In this document: piece after piece, positions 28,189 to 32,000 of the stretch
Numbering within the stretch: position 1 is the first letter of the stretch
How the letters are laid out: each line of letters opens with the position of its first letter
DNA from: Blattabacterium cuenoti
GTDB taxonomy: Bacteria > Bacteroidota > Bacteroidia > Flavobacteriales > Blattabacteriaceae
Length of the DNA stretch: 32,000 nucleotides
Direction of reading: 5' to 3'
Assembly (NCBI GenBank): GCA_014251975.1
Contig: CP059204.1
Coordinates: 90,001 to 122,000 of the forward strand
The notes under the pieces: generated by a model
What the model was told of the DNA's origin: nothing
What the model saw: only the letters and a program-made list of their open reading frames with translations
Database searches by the model: none
Translations under genes and position numbers: made by a program

Positions 28189-29145
28189 ATGTCATTATTA
28201 CGTTTAAATAAAGCATTAAATCCAAAAAAAATAAATGATTTTATTGGACAAAATGATATTTTAGATCCTCTAAAAATTTTTATTAAAGCTACTAAAAAAA
28301 GAAAAGAATCTTTAGATCATGTTTTATTACATGGACCGCCTGGATTAGGTAAAACAACTTTAGCAAATATTATAGCTTATGAATTAAATGTTAATTTAAC
28401 TATTACTTCTGGATCTATTTTAGATAAACCTGGTGATTTAGCAGGATTATTAATACATTTAAAAAAAAATGATGTTATTTTTATTGATGAAATACATAGA
28501 TTACCGCCTATTGTAGAAGAATATTTATATTCTGCTATGGAAAATTATAAAATAGATATTATTATAGATACTGGTCCTAATGCTAAGTCAGTACGAATAA
28601 ACTTATCTCCTTTTACTTTAATAGGAGCTACTACAAGATCTGGATTACTTACCAACCCTATGATATCTAGATTTGGTATAAATTTTAGATTTAATTATTA
28701 TAAAAAAAAGATATTAAAAAATATAATATATAGAAATTCTAAATTATTAAAAATACCAATTACAGAAAAAGCTACATTAGAAATAGCTAGTAGAAGTAGA
28801 GGTACACCTAGAATAGCTAATTCTTTGCTTCGTAGAATAAGAGATTTTGCTCAAGTTAAAGGAAATGGAATAATAGATGTAAAAATATGTAATTTAGCTT
28901 TAAAAGCTTTAAATGTTGATCAACATGGATTAAATGAAATGGATAATAAAATACTTTTATTAATTATTGAAAATTTTAAAGGTGGACCAGTAGGTATTAA
29001 TACCATCGCTACTGCAGTTAATGAAAAATCAGATACTATAGAAGAAGTCTATGAACCATTTCTTATGCAGGAAGGATATTTGATTAGAACACCTAGAGGA
29101 AGAATGGCAACAAAATTAGCTTATATACATTTAAATAAAACTTAA
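28189..29145 (+). CDS. ruvB: Holliday junction branch migration DNA helicase RuvB
   Basis: The 318 aa product carries FIGQ, Walker A (GPPGLGKTTLA), Walker B (IFIDEIHRL), ATTRSGLL, SRGTPRIANSLLRR and a C-terminal winged helix. Confidence 0.95.
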   Translation: MSLLRLNKALNPKKINDFIGQNDILDPLKIFIKATKKRKESLDHVLLHGPPGLGKTTLANIIAYELNVNLTITSGSILDKPGDLAGLLIHLKKNDVIFIDEIHRLPPIVEEYLYSAMENYKIDIIIDTGPNAKSVRINLSPFTLIGATTRSGLLTNPMISRFGINFRFNYYKKKILKNIIYRNSKLLKIPITEKATLEIASRSRGTPRIANSLLRRIRDFAQVKGNGIIDVKICNLALKALNVDQHGLNEMDNKILLLIIENFKGGPVGINTIATAVNEKSDTIEEVYEPFLMQEGYLIRTPRGRMATKLAYIHLNKT

Positions 29146-29170
29146 ATAAAAATATTTTTTTATATATCTA

Positions 29171-29197
29171 TAACTTTTAAATTTGTTTTAAAAGTTA
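29171..29197 (+). other. 11 bp inverted repeat (hairpin) between ruvB and purA
   Basis: TAACTTTTAAA (29171-29181), loop tttgt, TTTAAAAGTTA (29187-29197). It is followed by an A-run rather than a T-run and ends 13 nt before the purA ATG. It is either a weak terminator or a 5'-UTR structure. Confidence 0.25.
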
Positions 29198-29209
29198 AAA
29201 AAATAAATC

Positions 29210-30514
29210 ATGCCTTCTAATGTTATTGTAGGTCTTCAATGGGGAGATGAGGGAAAAGGGAAAATAACAAATTTACTTTCTAAAAATTCAGATTATGTTA
29301 TACGATACCAAGGTGGAAATAATTCAGGTCATTCTATACATATTAAAAATAGTTATTTCATACTACATTTAATACCTTCTGGTGTAGTATATCCTAATGT
29401 TAAATGTTTAATTGGTCCCGGTGTAGTTGTAGATCCAAAATATTTAATTAAAGAAATTAAAAAATTACAATCTATAGGCATTGATACTACAAGAATTTTT
29501 TTATCAAAAAGAGCACATGTAACTTTACCATACCATCGTTTATTAGATAAGTATAAAGAAGAATTTTTAGGTAAAAATTCTATTGGAACTACTCATTGTG
29601 GTGTTGGGCCTACTTATGAAGATAAAATAGCTAGAATTGGAATTAGAATTTCAGATTTATTGAATCCAAAAATATTCTACAAAAAATTGAAATACAATAT
29701 TTATTTAAAAAATAAAATTTTTGTAAAAATTTATAAAAAACCAAAAATTTCGTTTAACTATGTTTATGAAAAATACATGGAATACGCTAAATACTTAACT
29801 AATAGAGCAATAGATGCTGTATATGAAATTCATAATGCTTTTAAAAAAAAAAAAAGAATACTTTTTGAAGGTGCTCAAGCTACTTTATTAGATGTAGATT
29901 ATGGTACATATCCGTATGTTACATCATCTTCTTCATTTACAGGTGGTGTTTGTATTGGAACTGGTATCCCGCCAAATTTTTTAAAAAATTTTTTAGGAAT
30001 AGCAAAATCCTATTGTACAAGAGTTGGTAACGGCCCTTTCCCAACAGAAATAATTGAGGATAATTTATCTAATAAAATACGAAAAAAAGGTAATGAATAT
30101 GGATCAACTACAAAAAGACCTAGAAGATGTGGATGGCTAGATTTAGTAGCTCTTAAATATTCTTGTTGTATTAATGGGATAAATTATTTAATTATTACAA
30201 AATTAGATGTATTAAGTATTTTAGAATCTATTAAAGTATGTATAAAATATAAAATAAATGGAAATATTATTAATTATTACCCTTCTGATATATATAGTAA
30301 AAAAATAGAATGTATTTGGAAAAAATTTCCTGGTTGGAACAAAAAAATATCTAATATTAAAAAATATAATGAATTACCTAAAAATTGTAAAAAGTATATT
30401 AATTTTATAGAAAACTATTTAGATTTAAAAATACCTTTAATTTCAGTAGGTACAGAAAGAAATCAAAATATTATTAAATGTAAATCTTTATTTTTTAAAA
30501 ATATTATTTTGTGA
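29210..30514 (+). CDS. purA: adenylosuccinate synthase
   Basis: The 434 aa product carries VIVGLQWGDEGKGKI, GGNNSGHS, GTTHCGVGPTYEDK, FEGAQATLLDVDYGTYPYVTSS and TKRPRRCGWLD. Confidence 0.95.
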   Translation: MPSNVIVGLQWGDEGKGKITNLLSKNSDYVIRYQGGNNSGHSIHIKNSYFILHLIPSGVVYPNVKCLIGPGVVVDPKYLIKEIKKLQSIGIDTTRIFLSKRAHVTLPYHRLLDKYKEEFLGKNSIGTTHCGVGPTYEDKIARIGIRISDLLNPKIFYKKLKYNIYLKNKIFVKIYKKPKISFNYVYEKYMEYAKYLTNRAIDAVYEIHNAFKKKKRILFEGAQATLLDVDYGTYPYVTSSSSFTGGVCIGTGIPPNFLKNFLGIAKSYCTRVGNGPFPTEIIEDNLSNKIRKKGNEYGSTTKRPRRCGWLDLVALKYSCCINGINYLIITKLDVLSILESIKVCIKYKINGNIINYYPSDIYSKKIECIWKKFPGWNKKISNIKKYNELPKNCKKYINFIENYLDLKIPLISVGTERNQNIIKCKSLFFKNIIL

Positions 30515-31953
30515 ATTTAAAAAAATATCAAAACCCTTTAGTAGAACGTTATGGTAGTAAAGAAATGTTATACAATTTTTCTCCAAATAATAAATTTTTA
30601 TTATGGAGAAAGTTATGGTACTATTTAGCAAAAATACAAAAAGAACTAGGAATAAATATAACTGATGAACAAATAAATGATATAAAAGATAATTTATATA
30701 ATTTTAATTGGAAAAGAATAACATTTTTTGAAAAAAAATTTAGACACGATGTTATGGCACATTTATATGCATTTTGTGAATTAGCTAACAAAGCTAAACC
30801 TATTTTACATTTAGGAGTAACGAGTGCTTTTTTAGGAGATAATACAGATATTATTATTATTAAAGACGGTTTAAATATTTTATTAAAAAAAATAATAAAT
30901 GTTATATTTAGGCTTAGAAATTTTTCTTTAGAATATTACAATTTACCTACTCTAGCTTATACACATTATCAACCTGCTCAATTAACAACAGTTGGTAAAA
31001 GAGCTACATTATGGTTACAAAGTTTAATTTTTGATCTAGAAGAATTAGAATTTAGAACAAAAAATATTTCTTTTAGAGGTGTTAAAGGTACTGTAGGAAC
31101 AGCAGCTAGTTTTAAGGATTTATTTAATGGTAATTTAAACAAATTAAAGACTTTAGAAAAAAAAATTGCTAGTAAATTTGGATTTAAAAATATTTTTTTT
31201 GTTACAGGTCAAACTTATGATAGAAAAATAGATTGTCAAATATTAAATTTGTTGTCAAATATATCTCAATCTTCTCATAAATTTAGTAATGATATACGTT
31301 TATTACAAAATCTTGGAGAAATAGAAGAATCTTTTAATGAAAAAGAACAAATTGGATCTAGCGCTATGGCTTATAAGCGTAATCCAATACAATGTGAACG
31401 AATAGCCTCTTTGGCAAAATATGTTATTTCTGTATCTAATAGTTCATATTTTGTAGCTTCTACTCAATGGTTAGAACGTACATTGGATGATTCTGCCAAT
31501 AGGAGGATAGTAATTGGACAATCATTTTTATCTGTAGATTCTATTTTATCAATTTGGAATGATATTTTAGATAAAGTACTAATATACCCAAAAATAATAG
31601 CAAAAAATATAGAAAAAGAACTACCTTTTTTTATTACTGAATATTTAATAATAGAAAGTGTAAAAAAAGGATATAATCGTCAAAAAATTCATGAAAGAAT
31701 AAGAGTACATTCTATGCGATCCAATGAAAAAATAAAATTAAAAGGTGAAAATAATGATTTTATAAATAGAATAATACAAGATAAAAATATACCAATTGAT
31801 AAAAAAGAAATAAATAAAGTACTTGATCCAAATAATTTTACTGGGTATTCATCAGAACAAACATTAGAGTTTATTAATAAAAAAGTTAATCCAATATTAA
31901 ATAAATATTATAATTTAATTGATTTTAGCACTAAATATATAAAACGAATATAA
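30511..31953 (+). CDS. purB: adenylosuccinate lyase
   Basis: The 480 aa product has a GTG start overlapping the purA stop (GTGA). It belongs to the fumarate-lyase superfamily and carries the signature GSSAMAYKRNP and TLDDSANRR. Confidence 0.95.
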   Translation: MNLKKYQNPLVERYGSKEMLYNFSPNNKFLLWRKLWYYLAKIQKELGINITDEQINDIKDNLYNFNWKRITFFEKKFRHDVMAHLYAFCELANKAKPILHLGVTSAFLGDNTDIIIIKDGLNILLKKIINVIFRLRNFSLEYYNLPTLAYTHYQPAQLTTVGKRATLWLQSLIFDLEELEFRTKNISFRGVKGTVGTAASFKDLFNGNLNKLKTLEKKIASKFGFKNIFFVTGQTYDRKIDCQILNLLSNISQSSHKFSNDIRLLQNLGEIEESFNEKEQIGSSAMAYKRNPIQCERIASLAKYVISVSNSSYFVASTQWLERTLDDSANRRIVIGQSFLSVDSILSIWNDILDKVLIYPKIIAKNIEKELPFFITEYLIIESVKKGYNRQKIHERIRVHSMRSNEKIKLKGENNDFINRIIQDKNIPIDKKEINKVLDPNNFTGYSSEQTLEFINKKVNPILNKYYNLIDFSTKYIKRI

Positions 31954-32000
31954 TTATTTAAAAATTTTAAAAAGTTTTAGTCTTATTGTTTTAAAAATAT

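Noticed and set aside
1-32000. A novel defence, secretion, toxin-antitoxin or other accessory multi-gene system
   Set aside because: Every ORF of 60 aa or more on the supported strand has a clear housekeeping assignment, except one small membrane protein (4685-5095). There are no clusters of unknown genes and no nuclease, ATPase or reverse-transcriptase orphans. I also found no repeat arrays, integrases or compositional islands. Claiming a new system would not be supported by the sequence.

Overview
The window is very AT-rich, densely packed and almost entirely housekeeping. It holds about 36 protein genes, 3 tRNAs and the RNase P RNA. I found no rRNA, CRISPR array, transposase, integrase or phage genes. 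The gene content points to a reduced-genome Flavobacteriales insect endosymbiont. The Bacteroidetes signatures are rpmB-rpmG followed by a DUF4295-like ORF, a Rho with a large N-terminal insertion, and a roughly 490 aa archaeal/eukaryote-type ProRS. Intact urease structural genes (fused ureAB plus ureC) make Blattabacterium, the cockroach/termite symbiont, the best guess. That assignment is inference only, since I ran no search. TGA is used as a stop codon (e.g. 5093-5095), so this is the standard code 11. I did not find a convincing novel multi-gene system. Only two ORFs lack a functional assignment (4685-5095 and 24391-24510), and there is no accessory island. The points worth a second look concern genome erosion, gene fusion and non-coding structure. 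(1) A dCMP-deaminase-like gene is split by an out-of-frame A11 tract that a +1 A transcriptional slip would repair. (2) In thrA the aspartokinase half is intact, but the homoserine dehydrogenase half is broken by several frameshifts and stops and is truncated against thyA. (3) A eukaryote-ordered OPRTase-OMP decarboxylase fusion sits divergent from a class-1A-like dihydroorotate dehydrogenase. (4) A perfect 46 bp palindrome lies in the fbp/rnhA divergent spacer. (5) A 14-mer occurs three times as a direct repeat in the rho leader. (6) rnpB lies about 7 nt upstream of a tRNA-Ser. (7) The junction of the fused gamma-beta urease subunit is encoded by A-tracts.
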